Virus record (IMG/VR): IMGVR_UViG_3300032323_001198
Span: 1 to 59,633 of that record
From: a virus
Taxonomy: Duplodnaviria; Caudoviricetes
Length of the DNA: 59,633 nucleotides
Direction: 5' to 3' (one strand)
Below are positions 26,109-35,760 of the stretch, in pieces. Position 1 is the stretch's first letter, and each line of letters starts with the position of its first letter. Both the position numbers and the translations under genes were made by a program. The notes under the pieces were generated by a model. The model saw only the letters and a list, made by a program, of their open reading frames with translations. It did not search any database and was not told the origin of the DNA.

Positions 26109-27135
26109 AGTGATCATCTCTAACTGTATCTAAAGTCACGCAGTGTGGACCTCCACTGAGTGTTCTACAATGTCTAAGTCGAACTGGTACAATATCAAAA
26201 CCTTCTCGCTCTAACTGATTGATTAAAACTGTCTGCGATTGTTCCACGGCTATTGTATGATCGTTGATACTTAAAACATTCATACCTAACCAAGGACTAG
26301 CAGGCGCCCAGTGTTCTATATAAGGTGTTTCTATGGGCTCTTCTGACCAAATCTTTTTCCACGAACGAAAGTATTCAGGAAGGTTAGATTCGGTAACTCT
26401 GGCAGGATTCAATAAAACAGTGCCAGCACTTAATGGTAATATACTTGTATCTAAATGCACATAAGCATAGATGTTATCTAAGATGTGAACCGTATATCGA
26501 TCCCCTAAAGTAGACTGCAACCATTTGGCACCTAGCCTATTTCCAGAATTAGAAATTAAAAAGAAAATATCTTTACCACATTTAATCACATTAGCAGCAT
26601 CAAATGCCGGCTCGAAATCTGTTAATGTTGGTTTGCTGAGATCAGTTCTGTCATATAACTCATCCAGTAATTGTCCTTTAGGAGCAGATATCCAACGACT
26701 GCCGGCATTAAAATAATTTTTAAAAATTTTTCTATAGGCAAAGTTTTCAAAGTATCTAGATCTCAACGGCATAGGAGTTTCTATAATCATATCTCCTATA
26801 ACTAATGCACTGTCTCTAGGACAGTAATTGTAATAACCTTCAGACTGCCAGTCAGTAGTTGAATGTGTTTTAGCCAAATCTAAAACATCTGGTCGTAAAA
26901 CTTTTATTCCTAGAGATTCTAGTTGTTGTTGAAAAAGATCTAGATCCTCTTTTGTTTCTTCTATGAGTTGTTGAGGATAGTATCCACCAGGCAATGCATC
27001 TACTGAATCGTAGTTTGCATAATCAACGCAATGGATATCTTTATTTTTGGTACGAGGTATACTAGCGTTTTCTGCTCTACCTAAAATAATCTCTTTTAAC
27101 GCTCCCCATTCTGTATTTGAATTTACTTTATTCAT
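26092..27135 (-). CDS. Amidinotransferase (StrB1/glycine amidinotransferase family)
   Basis: EWGALKEIILG, YCPRD, FDAANV, HLD, GGPHCVTLD (Cys-His-Asp triad). Confidence 0.92.
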   Translation of the reverse strand: MNKVNSNTEWGALKEIILGRAENASIPRTKNKDIHCVDYANYDSVDALPGGYYPQQLIEETKEDLDLFQQQLESLGIKVLRPDVLDLAKTHSTTDWQSEGYYNYCPRDSALVIGDMIIETPMPLRSRYFENFAYRKIFKNYFNAGSRWISAPKGQLLDELYDRTDLSKPTLTDFEPAFDAANVIKCGKDIFFLISNSGNRLGAKWLQSTLGDRYTVHILDNIYAYVHLDTSILPLSAGTVLLNPARVTESNLPEYFRSWKKIWSEEPIETPYIEHWAPASPWLGMNVLSINDHTIAVEQSQTVLINQLEREGFDIVPVRLRHCRTLSGGPHCVTLDTVRDDHYGDYH

Positions 27136-27865
27136 GTGACCTATCATCAACTGGTTTTTGATTTTGCAAATCGTACCAATATAAACTTCTATGTGGAGGT
27201 TGATCTTTTAAAGGTTCCTGATTACTAACATAGTAAAAAAGTCTTAAAGTCTTTCTAGATTGATCAGTAGGACAATCTATTGGATCTGGGTATCCGTGAA
27301 AACAACTTTCATGGTGCTGCCAAATTATTGCTCTATTCCATTTAATATAAACTTTATTGATACTATCTTGATTATCAAAACTAGAAAATTCTAAATTACC
27401 GCCCCAGTCTTCTTGCCATCCCTCACTAAGGTAAACTATCAGAGTTAATGCTCTGTATAATTTTATAGTATCATTCCAATTAAAGTCTATGTGATTTTTA
27501 AGACTGTCACCTTTGAAACTTCTACTATATCCTGCTCCGATCAAATAAGGATCAGGTATAAGATGATCTATACCCGTAACTTGATTTAACCATTTCATAA
27601 AAGTCTGAGAATGCAATTGACCTATAACATCTTGTGCTAAAGGCATCAAAGATAGATTGTTACATTCTTCCATGTAACTTCCGTTTCTAGTAAACTTTCT
27701 ACAAAGGTCTGCGTCTATGGAATCAATTTCTTTGCTGAGATTTTTAGCTGTGTCTTCTGGAAAAAAGTTGTCTAAAACTATCATAGGTGCAGGACTCGCG
27801 TCTTTAAACACAGAGTTAAGATTTTTTACATCGTAATTTTCAATTAATCGATCAATGATGGGCAT
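27128..27865 (-). CDS. Fe(II)/2OG oxygenase (Tpa1/proline-hydroxylase-like)
   Basis: IVLDNF, PDPYLIGAG, HID, IVYL..W..WGGNLE, FHG, RKTLRLFYY. Confidence 0.85.
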   Translation of the reverse strand: MPIIDRLIENYDVKNLNSVFKDASPAPMIVLDNFFPEDTAKNLSKEIDSIDADLCRKFTRNGSYMEECNNLSLMPLAQDVIGQLHSQTFMKWLNQVTGIDHLIPDPYLIGAGYSRSFKGDSLKNHIDFNWNDTIKLYRALTLIVYLSEGWQEDWGGNLEFSSFDNQDSINKVYIKWNRAIIWQHHESCFHGYPDPIDCPTDQSRKTLRLFYYVSNQEPLKDQPPHRSLYWYDLQNQKPVDDRSHE

Positions 27866-27921
27866 GATCAAATATTTAACCTAAAAAATTTTGGTGCAGA
27901 TAATAACGGAATAATTACAAT

Positions 27922-28512
27922 ATGAGCTTTGATAAAGTAACCGAATTTGAAAATACAATCGCAGAATATTTTGGATCCCCATATGCTGTGGCTGTAGACT
28001 GTTGTACTCACGGTATCGAACTGTGTCTTAGATTGCAAGACATCAAAGAAACCCTATGTCCAAAACGTACATATGTTTCTGTTCCAATGACCCTAAAAAA
28101 GTTAGGCATTAAATGGGACTGGAATAACGAAGAATGGCAGGATTATTATTTTCTTCCTGGAACAAATATCATAGATGCGGCTGTTTTATGGAAACCAAAC
28201 AGTTACATACCTAATACTATGATGTGTCTTAGTTTTCAATTCCATAAACATCTAGGAATTGGCAGGGGTGGAATGATTCTTGTAGATGATTTAGAAACTA
28301 AAAATCAACTAATACGCATGAGTTATGATGGCAGAGATAGAAATATCTTTTGGCCAGAACAGAATATTTCTACTATGGGATATCATTATTATATGATACC
28401 AGAAGTTGCTGCCGCAGGAATAGAAAAATTTAATAAAATAAAAGATTTAGAACCTAAAAAAATAGGGTACTCTGATTACCCGGATCTTTCATTGCTTCCT
28501 GTTTTTAATTAA
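27922..28512 (+). CDS. Compact DegT/DnrJ/EryC1/StrS PLP aminotransferase
   Basis: FENTIAEYFG..YAVAV..CT, IIDAA, SFQFHKHLGIGRGG (PLP Lys). Confidence 0.85.
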   Translation: MSFDKVTEFENTIAEYFGSPYAVAVDCCTHGIELCLRLQDIKETLCPKRTYVSVPMTLKKLGIKWDWNNEEWQDYYFLPGTNIIDAAVLWKPNSYIPNTMMCLSFQFHKHLGIGRGGMILVDDLETKNQLIRMSYDGRDRNIFWPEQNISTMGYHYYMIPEVAAAGIEKFNKIKDLEPKKIGYSDYPDLSLLPVFN

Positions 28513-30411
28513 ATGAAAAATGTATATCTTATACAGGTAGTAGACAACTACGGACCTAATAAGTTTTTGCCGTTAGCAATTTCTTATCATTGGCTTGACG
28601 CTATCTCTGACGAATATGTCGCACAAACATATACTTTAAAAGAAGTATTGATAGAAAAAGAAAACATAGATTCATTTGTCAGTCGAATTGAAAAACCAGA
28701 TGTATTGGTAATGAGTTGTTATATATGGAATTGGAACTATAACTGCGCATTGGCTGAGCGAGTGAAAGAATTATGGCCTGATTGTTTTATAGTTGTTGGC
28801 GGTCCTCAAATTAGCACCACTGATGCTTTCTTGTTAAAAAAACATCCTTATTTTGATATAGGAGTGCTAGGCGAAAACGAAGGAGCATTAACTATAATTT
28901 TAAAAAATTTAGAAACTAGAAATTTCCAAGAACTTTTAGGAATCAGTTTACCAGGAAAAATTATTTCAGGTGTAACAAGAACAAAAAACTTAGACAGTTT
29001 ACCTAGTCCTATTTTATCTGGATTTTATGATCAAATAATTGATCAATACGAAACACGAAATCAACAAAAATTTTTATGGCAAGTTACTATAGAAACTATG
29101 AGAGGTTGTCCCTATCATTGTACATTCTGTGACATAGGCGATTCGTACTGGAACAAAGTACAGATGTTTGACTTAGAAAGAATTTACAAAGAAATTGATT
29201 GGATATCTGAAAAACAAATTGAATATGTGTCTGTATGCGATAGTAATTGGGGTATGTTTGACAGAGATTTAGATATCACAAGATATGTTATTGAAAAAAA
29301 ATTAGAAACTGGATATCCAAAAGTGTGGGACATAGACTGGGCAAAAAATAATTCTGAACGTATTAAAAGCATGGCCATATTAGATAAAAATGCAGGCACT
29401 AATCTTTTTAAAGGAATTACTTTTGCTTTACAAAGTTTAAATGACAACACCTTAGCAGCCATAGATAGATTTAATCTCTCAGAACAAACTATTAGAGATG
29501 CTATGGATTTTTATAAAAAGAATGATATTAAGACTTATTCAGAATTAATATGGCCTCTTCCAGAAGAAACAATCACAAGTTTCACAGAAGGTTTACAAAA
29601 ATTAATAGACATGGGACAAGAACATTTTTTAATGGTTCATCCCTTATCCCTTACTCCTAATGCTCCTATGAGCGATCCTAACTACTTAGATAAACATAAA
29701 CTTTCACAGAAGAAAGTTCCTTTAGATACATTTTGGTTAACAGTTGACGACGAGAATTCGTATATTGTAGAAACTATGGGAACTGTTGATTCAACTAGTG
29801 TTCTAAACACGCAAGAAGTATTAGACGGATATATGATTGCTCATTGGACCATAGTCATGTACTACTATGGATGGGGACATTATATAATGAAATATCTAAA
29901 GAAACAGGGCACCAAAGAAACAGAGTTTATATTAGACCTTGTAAATTATATCGAAACAAGTAAACAAGGTTTGTTTTATAATGAACACGCAGTTACAAGA
30001 TCCAATATAGAAGAAGTTATTAACAAAGGTACGTTCTGGGGTAGAAAAATAGACAGAACTTACTGGGAGTATAAATCTGCGACTTGTATATTTTTTCAAA
30101 AGAACAGACAACAGTTTATTGAAGAATTAACAGAGTTTCTTAAAAACGTCTATAACATAAACAACGAACAATTGATAGAAATTAATGACCTAATGTGCAT
30201 AGACTACAATAAAACATATCCAGTGATTTATCAAACTAAAAATAATTCAGTGATAAAAGATTTATTTGATCTACATACTGATTATGTAGAAATATCACAT
30301 GAGGATTTATCAGATCATACTGAAGAAGAATTTTTTAGAAAAGCCTATCACTACCAAAGAAAAAATCAATACTGGAAATGTTCAATTAAATCTTTGAGTA
30401 AAAATAGTTAA
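28513..30411 (+). CDS. Cobalamin-binding radical SAM enzyme (class B methyltransferase-like)
   Basis: PLAI, SCYIWN, IVVGGP, GE.E, LPSP, ETMRGCPYHCTFCD. Confidence 0.9.
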   Translation: MKNVYLIQVVDNYGPNKFLPLAISYHWLDAISDEYVAQTYTLKEVLIEKENIDSFVSRIEKPDVLVMSCYIWNWNYNCALAERVKELWPDCFIVVGGPQISTTDAFLLKKHPYFDIGVLGENEGALTIILKNLETRNFQELLGISLPGKIISGVTRTKNLDSLPSPILSGFYDQIIDQYETRNQQKFLWQVTIETMRGCPYHCTFCDIGDSYWNKVQMFDLERIYKEIDWISEKQIEYVSVCDSNWGMFDRDLDITRYVIEKKLETGYPKVWDIDWAKNNSERIKSMAILDKNAGTNLFKGITFALQSLNDNTLAAIDRFNLSEQTIRDAMDFYKKNDIKTYSELIWPLPEETITSFTEGLQKLIDMGQEHFLMVHPLSLTPNAPMSDPNYLDKHKLSQKKVPLDTFWLTVDDENSYIVETMGTVDSTSVLNTQEVLDGYMIAHWTIVMYYYGWGHYIMKYLKKQGTKETEFILDLVNYIETSKQGLFYNEHAVTRSNIEEVINKGTFWGRKIDRTYWEYKSATCIFFQKNRQQFIEELTEFLKNVYNINNEQLIEINDLMCIDYNKTYPVIYQTKNNSVIKDLFDLHTDYVEISHEDLSDHTEEEFFRKAYHYQRKNQYWKCSIKSLSKNS

Positions 30412-31188
30412 ACCTATTTTTTTATTGTGCCCAGAGCAAGCACAATGCAGTCTAGTTCTTTCAAAGGCAAAACAACTACCAACATTCCAGTGGATTATAG
30501 AATTTAATGTCAGGCCGTGTAAAGTTTCTATAGGAATATGTGTGAAGTTTTGAGCATGTATCTGTTCATTAAATTTTAATTGTGGGTCATATCCTATTAC
30601 GTTTGTGTAATCATAACATCGACCATCAACTTTACTTGTTTTTAAATCTTGTCTTGCATCTATTAGATATCTAAGGGTAGATATAAATTTTTCATCTATA
30701 ATAAAATCACTTATAGTTTCTGGAGAATTTAAACATTGGTCTAATAGTATTCGAAGATCTTTAATATAGGACCAACTATTGAAACGATTAGGTAAATTGT
30801 ATTCAAAGGGTTCTATTTTTACTTTGCTAAATCTTGCGCTCTCCGAATGCCAATGGTTATCAAATAGTGCTGTTGATCCTATACCATCTACAGACAATGG
30901 AAAAATAATTACATGTCCTTTTCTTGAACTTTCATTTTTTCCGCTGTCAACATGTAGACTATAACTTATCTTGGTATCAAAAAATACAACTTCTTCTACA
31001 TGATAATCATAATCTAAAATGTTATCTAATACATTTTTAATACTGTACTTAGGCCATTGACTGTCCCATTGAGGATGTTTGCTTCTAACATCTGGCCTAT
31101 CATCAACTGTTTCATCGTCTGTATGAAAATAATCTAACAGAGATCTAATGTTGTCGTTGGATAATTGATCATTGAATATTTGAATCAT
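30382..31188 (-). CDS. Hypothetical protein, possible cupin oxygenase
   Basis: LHVD ... FERTRLHCA..KIGLTIF. Confidence 0.5.
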   Translation of the reverse strand: MIQIFNDQLSNDNIRSLLDYFHTDDETVDDRPDVRSKHPQWDSQWPKYSIKNVLDNILDYDYHVEEVVFFDTKISYSLHVDSGKNESSRKGHVIIFPLSVDGIGSTALFDNHWHSESARFSKVKIEPFEYNLPNRFNSWSYIKDLRILLDQCLNSPETISDFIIDEKFISTLRYLIDARQDLKTSKVDGRCYDYTNVIGYDPQLKFNEQIHAQNFTHIPIETLHGLTLNSIIHWNVGSCFAFERTRLHCACSGHNKKIGLTIFTQRFN

Positions 31189-31679
31189 TATTTGTAGCCA
31201 GTTATCTGAAGTGCGTATCTGTCAACTTTGCTAAGATTATAGAAAGCATGAGAATCATAACTATTCCAAGAGAACCAATCTCCCGCTAACCATTCGCAAT
31301 AAACTTTATTTTTAACCTGTAATACTTGCCCCGGAGAACTATCCTCCAACATTAAAACTATTCTAACAACCGAATCTGCATTTTCTAAGTTATGTATCTT
31401 TGTATATCTTTCATATCTGTCAGAATGCAAAGGAATATATTGCCCAGGTGTAAAAAAGTTAACTGCGGCTGTTATACCTTTTAGATCAAATTTATCCAAT
31501 ATATGAGATAAAGGAAAATCTATATCGGTTTCGAAACAATTATAAAATTTCATCGAATCTATACTGTGTCCATATTTGGAATATTCGTCACAGAGAATAG
31601 GATCTGGATCAAAATTGTATTTTAGATCTTTGAATTGTTGAATATTCCAGGTTGATTCGATGTGTCCAAAATTTCTCAT
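31188..31679 (-). CDS. Small AspH-like oxygenase
   Basis: FTPGQYIPLHSD...HAFYN...RYALQITG; paralog of 9021. Confidence 0.75.
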   Translation of the reverse strand: MRNFGHIESTWNIQQFKDLKYNFDPDPILCDEYSKYGHSIDSMKFYNCFETDIDFPLSHILDKFDLKGITAAVNFFTPGQYIPLHSDRYERYTKIHNLENADSVVRIVLMLEDSSPGQVLQVKNKVYCEWLAGDWFSWNSYDSHAFYNLSKVDRYALQITGYK

Positions 31680-31709
31680 AAGTATATTTAATTTGATACA
31701 CTTTATAAA

Positions 31710-32690
31710 ATGTTAAGTTCGAACGAATGGGATACCCTCAAAACAGTAATTGTCGGTGATGCTACTGGTGCTAAAGTACCAAATGTAGATATCAGTCTGC
31801 GTACTGTAAATTATGCTGATGTAGTAGACGACAGTGAAATACCTGTAGGTCCTTATCCACAACAGGTTATTGACGAAGCCAATGAAGATCTAGAAATTTT
31901 TTGTAATTTTCTTAAAGAAGAAAATGTGACTGTACTTCGTCCAGAAAATATCGATCCAGAATACTACAATTACTGTCCTAGAGATGGTGTATTAGTTTAC
32001 AAAGATTTAATATTAGCCACTCCCCAACCTTTAAAATCTCGTCGTTTAGAATATCTTGCTTTAGACACTCATCTAAAAAATCATAGCGACCAAGCAAACT
32101 ATATCTTACAAAGGCCAGAATTTACAGACGAATTGTATAATACGTCATGTATAAAAAACAAAGATGTTCTTGCATTAAATGAAACAGAGCCTAGTTTTGA
32201 TGCAGCCAATGTTTTAAGATGCAATGACGATTTATATTATCTAGTAAGTAATAGCGGTAATAAAAAAGGTGCAGACTATCTACAATCACTAGTAGGTAAT
32301 TCGGCCAAGGTGCATACTTTAGAAAATATCTACAGTTATATGCATCTGGACAGCACTATTGCTTTTCTTCGAGAAGGTTTAATGTTATTGAATCCTAGCA
32401 GAATCAAAGACAAAAGCCAACTGCCTGCACCTTTACAAAGTTGGGACGTTGTATGGGCACCGGAGCCTATAGATATCGGTCATTATCCTGGATACTGTAA
32501 TGCTAGTATATGGATGAACATGAATGTATTTTCTATTAATCCGAATCTTATTGTCGTCGAAGAACATCAAGAACCACTAAGAAAATTATTAGAAGATTAC
32601 AATATAGACTGTGCTATGTTACCAATGCGTCATGAAAGAACATTAGGTGGCGGTTTTCATTGTGTAACGTTGGATTTGATTAGAAATTAA
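31710..32690 (+). CDS. Amidinotransferase, second copy
   Basis: EWDTLKTVIVG, YCPRD, FDAANV, HLD, GGGFHCVTLD. Confidence 0.92.
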   Translation: MLSSNEWDTLKTVIVGDATGAKVPNVDISLRTVNYADVVDDSEIPVGPYPQQVIDEANEDLEIFCNFLKEENVTVLRPENIDPEYYNYCPRDGVLVYKDLILATPQPLKSRRLEYLALDTHLKNHSDQANYILQRPEFTDELYNTSCIKNKDVLALNETEPSFDAANVLRCNDDLYYLVSNSGNKKGADYLQSLVGNSAKVHTLENIYSYMHLDSTIAFLREGLMLLNPSRIKDKSQLPAPLQSWDVVWAPEPIDIGHYPGYCNASIWMNMNVFSINPNLIVVEEHQEPLRKLLEDYNIDCAMLPMRHERTLGGGFHCVTLDLIRN

Positions 32691-33772
32691 TTTAATCCAG
32701 ATCTTTCTACAAACTGATCTTTGGGTTTTGAAATTGTTTGTTTTTCATTAACCCCGCAGGTTCTAGCACACACAATAAGTTTGTAATCATTCCAATAATA
32801 ATCCCAAACCGTTTGCCAAGCAGTTGAACTAAGAACATTTTTAATACCAACATTTACTGCATCTAATTGATCAATTCCACCTAAAGAATCAACTAGCAGG
32901 GAATATTGTTTTTTAATTTCTTGTCTAACAGGAAAAGTTAAGTCAGAAGTTTCTGTATAGTTGTACGGAGTTGATGCTAAAAAGCAACACGGAAATATTT
33001 TTTTATAAGCGTCTATATATATTTCTTTGTTGTTTAATACATAACAATCTATTTTAGATTCGCTTACCCAAGTTTTATAATTCTTGATCATATCTGGACT
33101 TATCAGTGTCACCTGATTGTTTCTAGGTGGTTCTAAGTGATACATAGTATTTCCAGATTTATCTACGACTTTGGATTTTTCTTCTAAAAATCTAGTGCTA
33201 TTTTTTACAGTGAATAAACTAAATCCTAGATCCTTGGCTCTCTGTCTTGCTTCGTCAACTTGATGCTCATTGTGTTTAAATTTTATAAAGACCCATTCAG
33301 CCGTGCCGCCTGCATCAATAAATGCTTTGGCATTACGTGTGACATTTTCGTAAGTGGTGCCTATTCTATACAAATGATGAGTATCTTCTAAACCATCTAT
33401 ACCAAATATTACAAAATGATTCTTAGGTAATTTTGTTACTAACGATTTCCACCACGCTTGAGATCTAGCACCACCATTGGTATGAATTCTAATTTGTAAA
33501 TCTGGATTGATTGCTGTGACGTATTCACACATTAGATCTAGATCATTATTAATTATAGGATCACCAAAGTTTCCACAAAAATAGATATTTTTAATTTGTC
33601 TAAGAACTTCCTCAGTGAATATATTTTGAAAGTCACTCAACGACCATTCGTTGATCTTTATATAAGGATTATCTAAGCCGCCTCTGAAATTTCTAGAACA
33701 CATAGGGCATGATGCCTGACAGTTGTTGGTAATTTCTAGATGTACAGAATCTAATTCTGAAAAATTAAACAT
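32687..33772 (-). CDS. Radical SAM protein with twitch domain
   Basis: CQASCPMC, CGNFGDP, HTNG, IDG, FPCC..CARTC. Confidence 0.9.
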   Translation of the reverse strand: MFNFSELDSVHLEITNNCQASCPMCSRNFRGGLDNPYIKINEWSLSDFQNIFTEEVLRQIKNIYFCGNFGDPIINNDLDLMCEYVTAINPDLQIRIHTNGGARSQAWWKSLVTKLPKNHFVIFGIDGLEDTHHLYRIGTTYENVTRNAKAFIDAGGTAEWVFIKFKHNEHQVDEARQRAKDLGFSLFTVKNSTRFLEEKSKVVDKSGNTMYHLEPPRNNQVTLISPDMIKNYKTWVSESKIDCYVLNNKEIYIDAYKKIFPCCFLASTPYNYTETSDLTFPVRQEIKKQYSLLVDSLGGIDQLDAVNVGIKNVLSSTAWQTVWDYYWNDYKLIVCARTCGVNEKQTISKPKDQFVERSGLN

Positions 33773-34373
33773 ATTTCTTGCCTATTATCATGTATCTAGT
33801 ATACAAAGGAAGATCCATCTCACCAGCATAAAAAATCTGTGCTAACTGGCTTTGACTTTTGAACTCATCTAGATTTTCTGCTATTCTTACATGCTCCGGT
33901 ATTTTATAATTATTGCTTTGTAATACGATTAAACTATTTTTAGGAATCTTTTCAAGCCATATAAGATACTGCTCTTGAGTAATGTGTTCGAAACTAGTGT
34001 TAATAATTATATCTGCAGTACTAGAAAACGAACACATGTCTGCAGTTATGGCATTAAACTTTCCAGACTCTAATTCCATTTGATTCATATCTAGTGCTAT
34101 GTCTTTACAATTTGGATCTATGTCTATACTGTTGATATGAGAAATATATAAATCGCTTTGAAATATCAAACTAGCCAGGGTTCCTACCCAACCGCCGTGT
34201 ATATCAATAGACGGCCATTGTTTAGTATGATGTCTTTGTTTTTTTAGTTCATCAATTAACCATTCTTTGCTAAGAATTTGTCCTCGCCAAAATGCATCCA
34301 TGGTGCGCATAGGATCTTTACTGTTGCGTATGGCTCGCATCCAATGATGTATGTGTTCTGTATCTATTTGCAT
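33765..34373 (-). CDS. Class I SAM-dependent methyltransferase-like protein
   Basis: IHGGWVG, SIDID, ADM, IINTSFEH. Confidence 0.75.
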   Translation of the reverse strand: MQIDTEHIHHWMRAIRNSKDPMRTMDAFWRGQILSKEWLIDELKKQRHHTKQWPSIDIHGGWVGTLASLIFQSDLYISHINSIDIDPNCKDIALDMNQMELESGKFNAITADMCSFSSTADIIINTSFEHITQEQYLIWLEKIPKNSLIVLQSNNYKIPEHVRIAENLDEFKSQSQLAQIFYAGEMDLPLYTRYMIIGKKYV

Positions 34374-35347
34374 TTTGGTATCTTTGAATCCGCTGAACTA
34401 ACGCATGACGGTGTAATACAGATTTTAGGTTCTTTAAATAAGTTGAACCCTGCTGTTAGTGTACCTAATAGTTGGTCATGGCAACTATAAGATCTTTTAA
34501 CTTCTTCGCTTCTTATTATAACACTTTGATATCCAGAATTGCAATGCCAATCTTGGAATTTATTAAAACCGTAGGCATTAAATCGCTCTGCTTGATCGAA
34601 TAGATATTCGGTGTTGTCTGAATCGTATAATGCAATTTGATAGATATCTTCTCCATCGGCTCTCTGCGGAAAGCCAACCTGCATTAGAGTCATCATATCA
34701 TCTGTGTATCCACTAACGACAGAACTAGCAGTAGGATCGCTTTGCGGTTTAAGTGTTACATTAATACCGCGACTGTGAAGTCTACTGCATCTATCGTAGA
34801 GTTCATAAAACTGATCAGGTACCATCACTTGATTAACTGTAACAAAAACATTGTCATTCATTAACTGTAGACACTTGTCTCCAAACTCCTGTTCCTTAGA
34901 AAACTCTGCGTGATAACTGGCCGTAATACTTCTACGTTGAAGGTCGGCGGTTATGTCGCACCAATTCTTCCACCATTTCGATCCTGGAGAGAGATTGGTA
35001 GTCATGTGTATGCTTTGATATGGAGTTAATGGTCCATCATCCAAATGTTTAATCAATTCTGGTAACCGTTTATAAGCAGTTGGTTCCCCGCCACTAAAAC
35101 TCCAATGGAATTCAGTAAATCCATTTTGTCGTGCCTGGCGTTTGATTTCATCTATAGTCTGTATATACACTTCGTGATCTTGGTGATCAACTCGATCGCT
35201 ACGGGCATACGGCCAGCAATATGAGCAATTATAATTGCAGAATCTGCCCAAAATCCAACTAACAGAAAACAAAGGACGGTTCAACATTGTTCTCTGTCCA
35301 AACTTGATTATATTTTGAAATGGTATATTTTGAAATTCATGTGTCAT
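34364..35347 (-). CDS. Radical SAM protein with twitch domain
   Basis: CNYNCSYC, FSGGEP, TTN, CNSG..SC..CITPSC. Confidence 0.9.
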   Translation of the reverse strand: MTHEFQNIPFQNIIKFGQRTMLNRPLFSVSWILGRFCNYNCSYCWPYARSDRVDHQDHEVYIQTIDEIKRQARQNGFTEFHWSFSGGEPTAYKRLPELIKHLDDGPLTPYQSIHMTTNLSPGSKWWKNWCDITADLQRRSITASYHAEFSKEQEFGDKCLQLMNDNVFVTVNQVMVPDQFYELYDRCSRLHSRGINVTLKPQSDPTASSVVSGYTDDMMTLMQVGFPQRADGEDIYQIALYDSDNTEYLFDQAERFNAYGFNKFQDWHCNSGYQSVIIRSEEVKRSYSCHDQLLGTLTAGFNLFKEPKICITPSCVSSADSKIPKCK

Positions 35348-35375
35348 AAACTGTTAATATTTAATCTAGAAATAG

Positions 35376-35404
35376 TTGACCTTAATTCTTTAAGGTTATA
35401 TAAT
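35376..35404 (+). promoter_or_regulatory. Sigma70 promoter for tRNA-like RNA
   Basis: TTGACC-17 nt-TATAAT, +1 near 35411. Confidence 0.75.
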
Positions 35405-35410
35405 ATACTT

Positions 35411-35521
35411 GTGGTCGTGAGTGGAACTTGGTAGACCTCCGGTCCGTTGCGAAACGCACTTGGGAATGGGGCAACGTCCTAGACACAGCCTTTGTAGGTT
35501 CGAATCCTACCGACCACACCA
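35411..35521 (+). ncRNA. tRNA-like RNA (111 nt) lacking a canonical anticodon arm
   Basis: Perfect GTGGTCG/CGACCAC acceptor + ACCA, Leu-like D-loop GGTAGAC, GTAGG-ttcgaat-CCTAC T-arm; middle ~55 nt atypical. Confidence 0.75.
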
Positions 35522-35566
35522 TTTACATTTATAAGTAAATGACGCATAACTAAAAGGAAAAATATT

Positions 35567-35758
35567 ATGTCAAACACAGTAGAACAACTCAAAGCAGATT
35601 TCGAAGCATTCTTAGCAGAGGATGCAAAGTTTACAGCAGGCAACGGCGCAGCAGGTACTCGTGCTCGTAAAGCCCTACAAGAAGTCGCTAAGGGTGTTAA
35701 GGCTCGTCGCAACGAAATCACTGCAGAAAAGAACGCCCGCAAAGAAGCCAAGGCCTAA
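35567..35758 (+). CDS. Small basic histone H1/Hc1-like nucleoid protein
   Basis: GNGAAGTRARKALQE...RRNEI motif; AAGGA SD. Confidence 0.75.
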   Translation: MSNTVEQLKADFEAFLAEDAKFTAGNGAAGTRARKALQEVAKGVKARRNEITAEKNARKEAKA

Positions 35759-35760
35759 TC

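Noticed and set aside
9021-35347. Classical RiPP cluster, or a cellular secondary-metabolite cluster
   Set aside because: No clear precursor peptide, RRE, protease, transporter or regulator is present. The tRNA array, thyX, late promoters and tail genes indicate a phage context.
35479-35751. Antisense and nested ORFs such as 35479-35751, 36274-36735, 40789-41271 and 48151-48468
   Set aside because: They overlap genes with better motif or SD support and have none of their own.
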